Below are positions 6,652 through 14,910 of a stretch of 64,000 nt of DNA, piece after piece. The translations under genes were made by a program, and so were the position numbers. The stretch is from the IMG/VR virus record IMGVR_UViG_3300047546_001733, positions 8,157 to 72,156 of that record; one strand, 5' to 3'. Origin of the DNA: a virus. The notes beneath the pieces were generated by a model. It ran no database searches, had not been told where the DNA came from, and worked only from the letters and a program-made list of their open reading frames with translations. How positions within the stretch are numbered: the first letter of the stretch is position 1; every line of letters starts with the position of its first letter.

Positions 6652-6978
6652 GTGACTATTATGAGAATTACATGAGAATGGCGCGCGTTACATACAGTAA
6701 TTATCCGCCCGCCACATACCTAAGTGCATTACCATAGGGGGTAGGGGGTACCCTCTTTATTCTTCTACCGCTTCCAGATGCTGTATATTGGCAAATATAT
6801 ATTAAGCCATTGTAATAAGTGCCTTTTTTTAGGGGGTAGGGGGTGTCCGCTGGTTGCGAACCGCGCTTCGTTATGTCGAGTGGGGTTTATGGCTTCCTAA
6901 TGCGGTAAAATGCTTATTGACATGTTCGATATAACACGTTATACTGCATACATCGCACATAGAGAGGAGGTGAGCACG

Positions 6979-7122
6979 ATGGTTTGCGACATATGCGGGG
7001 AAAAAGTCACAGCAAACGAGATTGATGACAGGGTATCAACACCATTTTTTACATGCTGTGATTTTTGCTCAAATTCTTGCGTAATGGTAGAACAAGATGA
7101 CGACATGGGTGATGATGAGTAG
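6979..7122 (+). CDS. Small acidic Zn-finger protein
   Basis: TTGACA-17-TATACT at 6917-6945, GAGGAGG RBS; CDIC...CDFC. Confidence 0.7.
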   Translation: MVCDICGEKVTANEIDDRVSTPFFTCCDFCSNSCVMVEQDDDMGDDE

Positions 7123-7137
7123 TAGTAATGCAGAGGA

Positions 7138-7866
7138 GTGTGTATCATGGGTATTCTTGAATTCGTGGTAGTTTTGGCATTATCGTTGTTTGTGGCATTG
7201 AATGCCACGGCAAACACGCCAAAAGAGTACAAACCGGCATTGTTCACAGTGGTTTTCTTGTTGTGTATGTGTGTGTCGTCTTTCGTGGTGGTCATCATGT
7301 TAGAAAGTGAGTATATGATGGGTGGCATTCCGATTACCGGTGTGATATTGCGTAACATGTGGCATGCATGTGTCTATGCTAGTGTAAGCGACGCCAATGG
7401 TGGTCTGTCGCATACAAGTGTAATGACCCGTCTCCTAATGAAAAATGACATGTCCGAACTGCATACGCCATATGGCGTCCTTTGCGGTAAAGATGCGTTT
7501 AGGGGTGTAGAAAGCATTTTCGGTAAAAAGGATACTACGTCCATAAAACGACTGTTATATGGGACAGAGATGGTAGAATGCAGTATCCACGGTTTACAAC
7601 GGGGTGACTTTGGGCACGTCTTTCCACGTAGTTTAGGCGGTGTTATGAGACTTGAGCATAAAAGTATGAATGGCTATTGGTTTGAATTGCAACAAGTGAT
7701 GCCCCATAACAATGCCGACAATCTACGATTAGTCAATACTGTTCTTGAATGCTCTATCTGTAATCGCATAAAACGTGAACAAGTCTCACATGATGCGCAA
7801 CTTTACCTATCTAATCTACCAATCGTCATCAACGGTAAGATATACGAAGGTTTTAAGGTGTCATAG
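7138..7866 (+). CDS. HNH-family endonuclease with N-terminal hydrophobic segments
   Basis: GHVFPRSLGG...NTVLECSICNRIK resembles the HNH motif; two predicted TM helices at the N-terminus. Confidence 0.6.
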   Translation: MCIMGILEFVVVLALSLFVALNATANTPKEYKPALFTVVFLLCMCVSSFVVVIMLESEYMMGGIPITGVILRNMWHACVYASVSDANGGLSHTSVMTRLLMKNDMSELHTPYGVLCGKDAFRGVESIFGKKDTTSIKRLLYGTEMVECSIHGLQRGDFGHVFPRSLGGVMRLEHKSMNGYWFELQQVMPHNNADNLRLVNTVLECSICNRIKREQVSHDAQLYLSNLPIVINGKIYEGFKVS

Positions 7867-7889
7867 ACGCAACACACACAAAACACGGT

Positions 7890-7918
7890 TTGCCCCCATG
7901 CGCAAGCATGGGGGCATA
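7890..7918. terminator. Hairpin between convergent transcription units
   Basis: TGCCCCCATGC-GCAA-GCATGGGGGCA followed by an A run (U tract on the minus strand). Confidence 0.7.
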
Positions 7919-8000
7919 AAAATGCTCAAAAAGTATCTGTTGGCGACCATGCACAGACCCTTACAAATTTTTAAAAGGTACCCTTTGGTTTTAGCACTCA

Positions 8001-8040
8001 CAACCCCTCACAACCCCTCACAATCCCTTACAATCCCTTA
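8001..8040. repeat. 4 x 10-bp tandem repeat CAA(C/T)CCCT(C/T)A
   Basis: Read directly from the sequence. Confidence 0.9.
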
Positions 8041-8261
8041 CGGATACTCACGAGGAGCAAGGGAGTACGGAATGACCAGCGATAGCAAAAGTGTACCAGT
8101 GAAATAGGAAAAAAAGAGTGCACACGCTTCCATTGGTACAAAACTTGTCGTATCAAAGTATGCAAGAAGAATACCGGCTACCACCGTATACCGAGTAAAT
8201 AAAAACGGTACTTGAAGTAAAAAAAGAGGGTCACTCTGGTAGTCTGGTAGCCAGTCATACA

Positions 8262-8834
8262 CTAGCGCATAGTAAACCGAGAACCCTGTAAGAAGAAGGG
8301 ATGCGACGAGGATGCTATAAGTTGATATTCCCCCACCGTAGACAAAAGCGAGAAGGTGATTGCTGTATCGCTCGTATTGCGTAGTAATAAATCTTGTAAT
8401 TGCCCACGCATTCCAGTTTCGTTCCATATCGAGACGTTGTCCTGCCTTTCTACCCGTAATAACGGGGTACTGTGAATTACAAAGGTACGCTCAAGTCCAA
8501 GTTTTCGTGCTAACTCCGCATATCGAGATGCGACATCACACCACCCACCCCCATACACGCCGTATACAGTCACCAGTTGATACCGGTCTGGGTGACCTAC
8601 CGCTTCGTTAAACGACCATTCCTCACCCGGCTGTATGGTAAATTGAGACAGGGCGGGCAGGATAGCCTCAATGTTATGGTCAATCCCCGACCCTTTCGGA
8701 ATAGGGGTTGCCGTTACTGAATGCGTATGTGGGAGAATACTCACCACAAATAAACTAAGGAAACAGAAGGCGAAGAATATCAACCGTGGGCGTAAAGTGA
8801 ATGTCTGAGCATCCATACGTCTTAGAAAATTCAC
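8262..8834 (-). CDS. VanW-like exported/membrane protein
   Basis: N-terminal TM helix; IQPGEEWSFNEAVG and YGGGWCDVAS match VanW family motifs. Confidence 0.7.
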   Translation of the reverse strand: MNFLRRMDAQTFTLRPRLIFFAFCFLSLFVVSILPHTHSVTATPIPKGSGIDHNIEAILPALSQFTIQPGEEWSFNEAVGHPDRYQLVTVYGVYGGGWCDVASRYAELARKLGLERTFVIHSTPLLRVERQDNVSIWNETGMRGQLQDLLLRNTSDTAITFSLLSTVGEYQLIASSSHPFFLQGSRFTMR

Positions 8835-9060
8835 GCCAATACTCCAAATCTAGCGGAATATCTATGTATACGGTAAACATAAGCGACGTATCGCTAAGGC
8901 GACTCTCTACCGGTTTACTTGACCTCCGCTGTAAATCAAGTGTTATCTTGCGAACGTCCCTTTGGTCGTCCACGCTTTTTAGGGGAATGCGAATTGTCAG
9001 GACTCCATTCTGGCTTTTCTTCAAAATATCCCAAGTAAATTGCTCGTGTTCCGTCTGCAT
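8755..9060 (-). CDS. Hypothetical protein
   Basis: ORF track; AAGGAG RBS. Confidence 0.6.
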   Translation of the reverse strand: MQTEHEQFTWDILKKSQNGVLTIRIPLKSVDDQRDVRKITLDLQRRSSKPVESRLSDTSLMFTVYIDIPLDLEYWREFSKTYGCSDIHFTPTVDILRLLFP

Positions 9061-9145
9061 TTTTCACTGCTCCTTTTCCACATAATCCAACAAGTTGTTT
9101 ATTTCCCCACTTATCAATCGCTTCGTAGTAGTGCACTGATTACTC

Positions 9146-9529
9146 CTAATGCCCGAGGATTTCTTTAATGATAACTCGGTTAATGCGGGTATATTTATAG
9201 CCACCAAAGGCGGATAATCGCTCTCGAATTCGTTCTGCGAGATAATTATAGACCTCTTTTGTTGACACCATATTCTTTGTGACTGCGGTGTGCACCGTAG
9301 CACAGTCTCCGTATACTTTTAAATAAACCTTACTCATGTCTTCGACGTTGATGTGTAACCAGCGGAGCGCACGTAATAACACGGTAAACTCCGCTTGGTT
9401 ACTATCACCAATCCCATCCATCTCATACGTTTGATGATGTCTCAGACATTCTTCCTTTACACTGTCAATGTAGACCTTAAAGCTCCCATGGACAGTTCCC
9501 CCATCAAAATAGAGATGAATCGTTTTCAT
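9146..9529 (-). CDS. Ribonuclease HI-like protein
   Basis: LYFDGG, SNQAEF..LLRAL, VYGDC motifs; the C-terminal catalytic Asp helix is not evident. Confidence 0.7.
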   Translation of the reverse strand: MKTIHLYFDGGTVHGSFKVYIDSVKEECLRHHQTYEMDGIGDSNQAEFTVLLRALRWLHINVEDMSKVYLKVYGDCATVHTAVTKNMVSTKEVYNYLAERIRERLSAFGGYKYTRINRVIIKEILGH

Positions 9530-9531
9530 CC

Positions 9532-10686
9532 TTACTGACCGTCAATGCCCTTCAACAACTGTGTCTGATACCATACGGTCTTCGTGTCACCAGTTGCACC
9601 TGCGGGAATAAATGTACTTCCATCCTTGTACATCAACGGACCAGTCCACAAATTCAAGCCGTCCTTAAGTGCGGTAAGGAACATTCCAAGTGACTTTGTT
9701 TGTGTTAGACCAGCACCCATCATAAATCCAATACCGCTCGTGTCATGATTGTTCAAGTCAGCGAAGTTTGGACCAAACAAGACAAAACCGGGCTTCCATG
9801 TTCCTGCGATGTGTGCTTGTACCATCTTCTTGTATTCGGGGTACCAGTTAAAGTATGGTACGCCAATACACGGGGCGGGACCCTTATCACACGCTCCCTT
9901 AAAGTCATAGGGAATACTCTTGACTGCCTTACCGCTTGCGTGTGCCTTTGCAACTTCTGTGACAACTTCGGGTGTGTCAATACCTGACATAATCACATCA
10001 TACCCTTGCGTAATGTAATCGTTAATCACCAACGTTGGGTCAAGAGTTACACCCGGGATGTTGAACCAGAATCCAATCCACTTGACCGAGAACCGAAGTA
10101 GTGCTGGGTCTTGTGCTTTGTAGGATGTCCAACAGTATTGTGCACCCAAATAAGCGGCATTTACCAAACGCCGAGTTTCGTCGTTAATCAGGGGACCAAC
10201 ATAAGCAATCTTCCCTGTGTTCGACTCCAGAGCCGCCGCACACCCGGCAATCATCTTCCCATACTCCATTTGCCCCATCATGTTACCAAGATTTGCCGGT
10301 GCCTTACCGGTCATTACGTCGTCACCTGATGCGTGCAAGAAAGATACGTTGGGGTAATTAACTGCCGCCTCTCGAATGCTGTCTTTAAAGTCATCCGAAT
10401 TAGCGATAATCATGGTCGCCCCTTGGGAAATAAGTTCGCTGGCTACCTTTTCTGCGCTGACGTTGGGTCGGTCGGCTGGATTCACCTTGTCAACGTAAAT
10501 AAATGTTACGTTCTCTTCCGCTTCGACTTGCTTCATCGCCTCATAATGGGCTTGGCTCCAGCCACCGTCGTTCTTTGGACCAACCAGAATCATACCAATT
10601 GTAGGTTTCTGCGCTTCTACTGGCGCACCACATGATGCAAGCATAAGCACTGCAAATGCAAGCAACGCAAATTTCCAAACTGACAT
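9532..10686 (-). CDS. BMP-family ABC transporter substrate-binding lipoprotein
   Basis: Lipobox LASC; VGPKNDGGWSQAH, IGFWF motifs typical of the BMP/PnrA family. Confidence 0.85.
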   Translation of the reverse strand: MSVWKFALLAFAVLMLASCGAPVEAQKPTIGMILVGPKNDGGWSQAHYEAMKQVEAEENVTFIYVDKVNPADRPNVSAEKVASELISQGATMIIANSDDFKDSIREAAVNYPNVSFLHASGDDVMTGKAPANLGNMMGQMEYGKMIAGCAAALESNTGKIAYVGPLINDETRRLVNAAYLGAQYCWTSYKAQDPALLRFSVKWIGFWFNIPGVTLDPTLVINDYITQGYDVIMSGIDTPEVVTEVAKAHASGKAVKSIPYDFKGACDKGPAPCIGVPYFNWYPEYKKMVQAHIAGTWKPGFVLFGPNFADLNNHDTSGIGFMMGAGLTQTKSLGMFLTALKDGLNLWTGPLMYKDGSTFIPAGATGDTKTVWYQTQLLKGIDGQ

Positions 10687-10743
10687 AGCATCTCCTCGAG
10701 TGATGTTAGCACTTGTTTGTGCTACTTAGGTAGTATACCATAA

Positions 10744-11850
10744 TTATTTTTGTCTGTCAAGCCAGTACTTAATACGAGCCTCTGCAATTTCATTGTACTC
10801 AGCACTAAGGTCAACACCTATATAAGAAAATCCTGCATTAACAGCCGCACAACCCGTTGTACCACTTCCAGAAAACGGGTCAAGTACTGTACCAGACGGT
10901 GGAGTAATCATGCGAATAAGGTACTCCATAAGGGTAACTGGCTTCACTGTTGGGTGCTTGTTGCTTTGTGCTTCTTCAAGACCAGCCGATTTTTCTGTAG
11001 GTGACGGCTTAGCTACATAGAAAAAACGTGAGGCTGTATTACTTTGCTCATCAAGTATTTTTGCAGATTCCTCATCAAATATCACATTGGCAGTCCATCT
11101 CCCAAGTGGAGACGCTGGATTTGAAAAAGTGTATTCGTCGCTTTTTATACCAACGTAACCCCTAGTTCTTGGGGTAAGTCCCTTTCTACCGTAGTCTTCG
11201 TCGGTTGCAATTCGTGTTCCATCAATGTTAAGAGCACCAACACCCCACTCAAGTAAATTACTTGCTACCGTACCTAAAAATGGTTTACGAGCGAGCACTG
11301 CGGGTTCATTGGCGGGCTTCAACGCCGTGCCCCAGCCGTGCCACTGCTGAGCTTCGGGCGTGACGGGAATATTACTGTCGTGTTCGTGATAGCCCTGTTG
11401 TCGTGCTTTGGTTAACCATGGTCTTGCGTCTAATTCATTAGAACTGCCCTTACCTGCTGTAGAATGTGGTGTAATTGGCGTTTTTACTTTCTCCCGCATC
11501 GCCCCCGCTTGCCTATCCAATGCCTTGCTGACATCAAGCGATTTCGGAAACCCCGAGCCATAAATCCATTGAATGCAGTCCCGTATTTCAAATCCTGCGT
11601 CTTCAATAGCGCAGGTCATGCGATGGTACGTTCGTGCTCCACCGAAAGAAATTAAATGACCCCCCGGCTTTAATACACGAAGTACCTCTTTCCAGAGGTC
11701 GGTATTGTTTGCAATACCTGATTTATCCCACCCCTTATTCATAAATCCTATTTCATACGGAGGGTCAGTAACTACACTGTCGATAGAATTGTCTGGTAGT
11801 GTTCTTAAAACATTTATTGAATTACCCGTGTATAGTTCGTATTTTACCAT
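10744..11850 (-). CDS. N4-C/N6-A DNA methyltransferase (beta class)
   Basis: TDPPY, HPTVKP, DPFSGSGTTG. Confidence 0.92.
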   Translation of the reverse strand: MVKYELYTGNSINVLRTLPDNSIDSVVTDPPYEIGFMNKGWDKSGIANNTDLWKEVLRVLKPGGHLISFGGARTYHRMTCAIEDAGFEIRDCIQWIYGSGFPKSLDVSKALDRQAGAMREKVKTPITPHSTAGKGSSNELDARPWLTKARQQGYHEHDSNIPVTPEAQQWHGWGTALKPANEPAVLARKPFLGTVASNLLEWGVGALNIDGTRIATDEDYGRKGLTPRTRGYVGIKSDEYTFSNPASPLGRWTANVIFDEESAKILDEQSNTASRFFYVAKPSPTEKSAGLEEAQSNKHPTVKPVTLMEYLIRMITPPSGTVLDPFSGSGTTGCAAVNAGFSYIGVDLSAEYNEIAEARIKYWLDRQK

Positions 11851-11882
11851 AGTCTTTTCCTTATATTTTTTTTTACTGTTGA

Positions 11883-11996
11883 TTACTCAAAACTTTCAAG
11901 TACGTAGAGTTCTTTTAGTAGGTCTACAATATCTAAAAAATAATCGGCAACCACAAGAATAGCCGTGATGAATACTATTTTTTCATACCATTTCAT
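11883..11996 (-). CDS. 37-aa membrane peptide
   Basis: MKWYEKIVFITAILVVADYFLD...; GGAGGA RBS. Confidence 0.55.
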   Translation of the reverse strand: MKWYEKIVFITAILVVADYFLDIVDLLKELYVLESFE

Positions 11997-12013
11997 AAAT
12001 CCTCCAAAAAAAG

Positions 12014-12040
12014 TCTAGCCCCCCTTACGGAGGGCTAGAA
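12014..12040 (-). terminator. Terminator after lysis genes
   Basis: TCTAGCCCTCC-GTAA-GGGGGCTAGA followed by CTTTTTT. Confidence 0.75.
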
Positions 12041-12045
12041 ATACA

Positions 12046-12468
12046 TTAACCGTCAGCTTTTGTAATATCTACACTGATACTGAGTTGTTCCGGCTTTCGC
12101 TCATCAATAATTTGCTGAGCCAGTACGGGGTCAACCATAGCCTCAATACTCGATGCGACCGAATCCTTTGATTTGTTCACAAGCGCATCTTGTGGGAATA
12201 GCCCAGCGTGTAGGTTCAGTGTGCGGAAAAATGTGTGATATACTGTCTGCGAGATAGTGAGAATAGTGGTAAAATTGGTTAGGGTTGCCTGAGGCGTTAC
12301 CTCGTTATCAATTACCGCCATAAGAGTCGCCACAATAATCGAAAGAGCGGCGGCAAGACCGAATTTGTAATACGGCTTCCACGACACTCGCTGTAGGTAC
12401 AGCACCGCAAAGGGAATAATTGTACCCGTAACAAACTGTAAAATAACAGTCAATGAATCATTTTCCAT
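12046..12468 (-). CDS. Holin-like membrane protein
   Basis: 2-3 TM segments; adjacent to endolysin. Confidence 0.65.
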   Translation of the reverse strand: MENDSLTVILQFVTGTIIPFAVLYLQRVSWKPYYKFGLAAALSIIVATLMAVIDNEVTPQATLTNFTTILTISQTVYHTFFRTLNLHAGLFPQDALVNKSKDSVASSIEAMVDPVLAQQIIDERKPEQLSISVDITKADG

Positions 12469-12841
12469 GAGATTCTCCTCCTAGTTTACGTAATAGTTCT
12501 GCCATACGTCGTTCAAGTATGTCCATATCAGTAAGTCGTTGCTCCAAATACGCAAGGCGATTTTTTGTGCTATCTCGTTCTTTTTGTAATTCGCTTATGT
12601 CAAGAATAAGTTTATCTCGTTCTTTTCGCAGTTCTTGGTTTTCTGCGTGTAGTGTTTTATTTTCCTGCTCAAGAGCAGAAATACGTGCTGAATGATGTTG
12701 TACAAGTTGAAGTAAGTCGGTGCGTAAATCACTCTCTGCATCTTGATTTTTACTTCGTAAGGCGACAATAGAGCCGATAATACCAGCAACAGCACCGGCA
12801 ATTGCAGAAATAATACTCGTGGAATCTACTTGATTTGACAT
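12458..12841 (-). CDS. TM + coiled-coil lysis-module protein
   Basis: N-terminal TM helix then a heptad-rich region. Confidence 0.6.
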   Translation of the reverse strand: MSNQVDSTSIISAIAGAVAGIIGSIVALRSKNQDAESDLRTDLLQLVQHHSARISALEQENKTLHAENQELRKERDKLILDISELQKERDSTKNRLAYLEQRLTDMDILERRMAELLRKLGGESHGK

Positions 12842-13545
12842 TACGACCTCGCTTTAAGAAGTGGTTCAAAAATATATCCTAGACCAACAGCGTAACGCCA
12901 GCGACTCACTCCATTAATTGTCTCCCCAAAAAATATGTCGGCATCAAAAGACATTACAGGAGTACCTGCCTCGAGGGTAGTAACTACGGCGGAGTCTCTT
13001 GTGACTGATTTACGAATATTTGCACGAGTCGTTGTCGTGTATATCTTATAGGGCGTTAAACGCATCTTCTTCCAGTGGGCAAACCCAGCGTCAGTAACGC
13101 CACTTGGGTCTATTTTTCTCCCCGCTGGGGCGGCAATACTTCGGTGCATCTGTGGATTTAATCCCGGGTAGGTGCGTGCGAGTCTCGTTATTTCTTCCCA
13201 CATTAACCCATTCCAAAATCCCTCTAAAGGAGAGAAATGGACTTCAACACCAATTGCAGACGGGTTTGCTGTATCTGGAGTAAATGTTTTCCCAGTGTGC
13301 CATGCTACGTATTCCGCAGGATTCAGTAATTGAAACGTGTCACCCGTTTTTGATACAAGGTAGTGAGCACTTACATCTTTTGACATAATCAGAAAGTTTC
13401 GTTCTGCCCCGATGCTACTATTAGCTCTTCCATTTGTTGTATGAATAACAAGTGTCTTGTATTCAATATTTTTGTTTCGAAGTGAGTACCCCTCATTCGC
13501 TCTGAGGTAATTGTTCTTCTGGTACTCCTCCTTGATTATTATCAT
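12841..13545 (-). CDS. Endolysin, N-acetylmuramoyl-L-alanine amidase (Amidase_2) with SH3-like C-terminus
   Basis: LVIHTT, VSAHYLV, AWHTG, IGVE, H...RKIDP. Confidence 0.85.
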   Translation of the reverse strand: MIIIKEEYQKNNYLRANEGYSLRNKNIEYKTLVIHTTNGRANSSIGAERNFLIMSKDVSAHYLVSKTGDTFQLLNPAEYVAWHTGKTFTPDTANPSAIGVEVHFSPLEGFWNGLMWEEITRLARTYPGLNPQMHRSIAAPAGRKIDPSGVTDAGFAHWKKMRLTPYKIYTTTTRANIRKSVTRDSAVVTTLEAGTPVMSFDADIFFGETINGVSRWRYAVGLGYIFEPLLKARS

Positions 13546-14908
13546 TCGTCAGTTCCTCCAGTGTGTTACTCTCTGTGTCGATTTTTTCCTGCTCGTCTTC
13601 ATAGGTAGTACCATAGAGTGAGGCAATTGTGTCCTTAGAAATGGCTCCAATTTGTTGTGCTTGAATAGCGAGTTGTGTCAGTGCAGTAATATCTTGAAGT
13701 GCAATTGGGCTGAAAGAGGGCTTCGGGTGCCACGGAAAATCATTCTTTACCGCAATTTCTTTGTAGAAACCTTCAACCCAGAGAAGTATTGCCTCTCTTA
13801 GTTCATTTAACGTGGACACCGGACCAAGACTCGCTGTTTTATTATCTGACGCATTACTTCGTAATGTTTCACCTACAGCAAGAATTCTCGGAAATCCGAG
13901 TGCAAGAAAAATATCTGCATTCGGCTCAACATATTTTGCTTCATTGAGTAGTGCCTCGAGTGGTGGTGTAATCCACGAAACTTCAATTGTATGGTTCGTG
14001 AAGAAGTTGAAGACTCGGTCGCCTGTGACAGCGGCTGTTGCCAACACTGTTTCTGTTGACTTAATATCGTCATCAGTTGCAGGGAACTTATCCGAACCAA
14101 TTCGCACATGACGTAAAAGTTCACTTGCTCTAGCGGCGATACTTCTATCCATAATTTTCAAGTAGTATTTATGCTGTAGAGCAAATAGTGCATTTTGTAA
14201 ATATGGCTTTGGGTAATCTTCGTAAGAACGTAGTCTCCGGTATATTGGGCGTGCGTTTGGTAGAGGGAATATTGTGACACCCTTCTGTATTGCTTTTACA
14301 TAACTAGGAAACTCACGAACTAACTCATTGTACGCCTCGGTGTCTACTGCACCATCGGTACGATTTCCCTTGTTCATAATGAAGTCAATATCTTCTTTCG
14401 GGACTTTAACAAATACACTCCGCTCCATACCTATCAATTTTTTACGTAAAATAATATTTTCTGGATTTCTTACCCAGAAGGAGTTTGGGAAAAAGACACG
14501 CTTTCTCCCAAGAGTTGGGTCAACCCGATTTCCCATAATAACTCCATAAGTTACTTCTGGTACTGCCATACCGTGGAGAATGTAATCGAGTGCGACTACT
14601 TTAAGATACGGTTGAATGTAGTCTGCCACCGCATCGTAAAATTCTACGTATGCCTCTGGATTATCTTTATCCTTGCGATTCCGTAGTTTTGTAATTGCCA
14701 TGTCAACCATACGGTCAACAACTGTACCTGCGATTGTGTCCTGTTCATAAAAATATCGGCAGAACTTTATAATCTCATGATACGTGTATTTTTTCGAATT
14801 GTCAAATGGTAGCATGGTTGGGTCATAATAACCGGCTACAAATTGATTATTCACAAGAAACGGCGACGGCATATATGCTGATGTCGCTTTTGCTAATGGT
14901 TTATCCAT
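13493..14908 (-). CDS. Portal protein
   Basis: 471 aa directly downstream of the terminase; helical; acidic C-terminus. Confidence 0.7.
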   Translation of the reverse strand: MDKPLAKATSAYMPSPFLVNNQFVAGYYDPTMLPFDNSKKYTYHEIIKFCRYFYEQDTIAGTVVDRMVDMAITKLRNRKDKDNPEAYVEFYDAVADYIQPYLKVVALDYILHGMAVPEVTYGVIMGNRVDPTLGRKRVFFPNSFWVRNPENIILRKKLIGMERSVFVKVPKEDIDFIMNKGNRTDGAVDTEAYNELVREFPSYVKAIQKGVTIFPLPNARPIYRRLRSYEDYPKPYLQNALFALQHKYYLKIMDRSIAARASELLRHVRIGSDKFPATDDDIKSTETVLATAAVTGDRVFNFFTNHTIEVSWITPPLEALLNEAKYVEPNADIFLALGFPRILAVGETLRSNASDNKTASLGPVSTLNELREAILLWVEGFYKEIAVKNDFPWHPKPSFSPIALQDITALTQLAIQAQQIGAISKDTIASLYGTTYEDEQEKIDTESNTLEELTNDNNQGGVPEEQLPQSE

Positions 14909-14910
14909 TT

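Larger units (their letters stand above)
1..6850 (-). repeat. Array of ~17 dispersed cassette-boundary repeats (TGTAAA/TTTACA hairpins + GGGGGTAGGGGG[A/T]CCCCCTACCCCC palindrome + TCTCAT-N5-TCTCAT box + extended -10)
   Basis: Full or partial G/C palindromes begin near 101, 486, 923, 1267, 1606, 1966, 2614, 3098, 3772, 4248, 4852, 5191, 5451, 5886, 6287, 6737 and 6832. Most separate one or two small minus-strand genes or RNAs. Confidence 0.95.

Noticed and set aside
1-6850. CRISPR array
   Set aside because: Repeats are separated by 250-700 bp of promoter-bearing genes rather than ~35-bp spacers; no cas operon.
1-6850. Classical integron with attC sites
   Set aside because: No RYYYAAC/GTTRRRY cores, cassettes carry their own promoters, and there is no IntI or other tyrosine recombinase in the window.
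8038-8427. 129-aa hydrophobic ORF
   Set aside because: Overlaps the VanW-like gene by 166 nt with no clear RBS; true coding status is unresolved.
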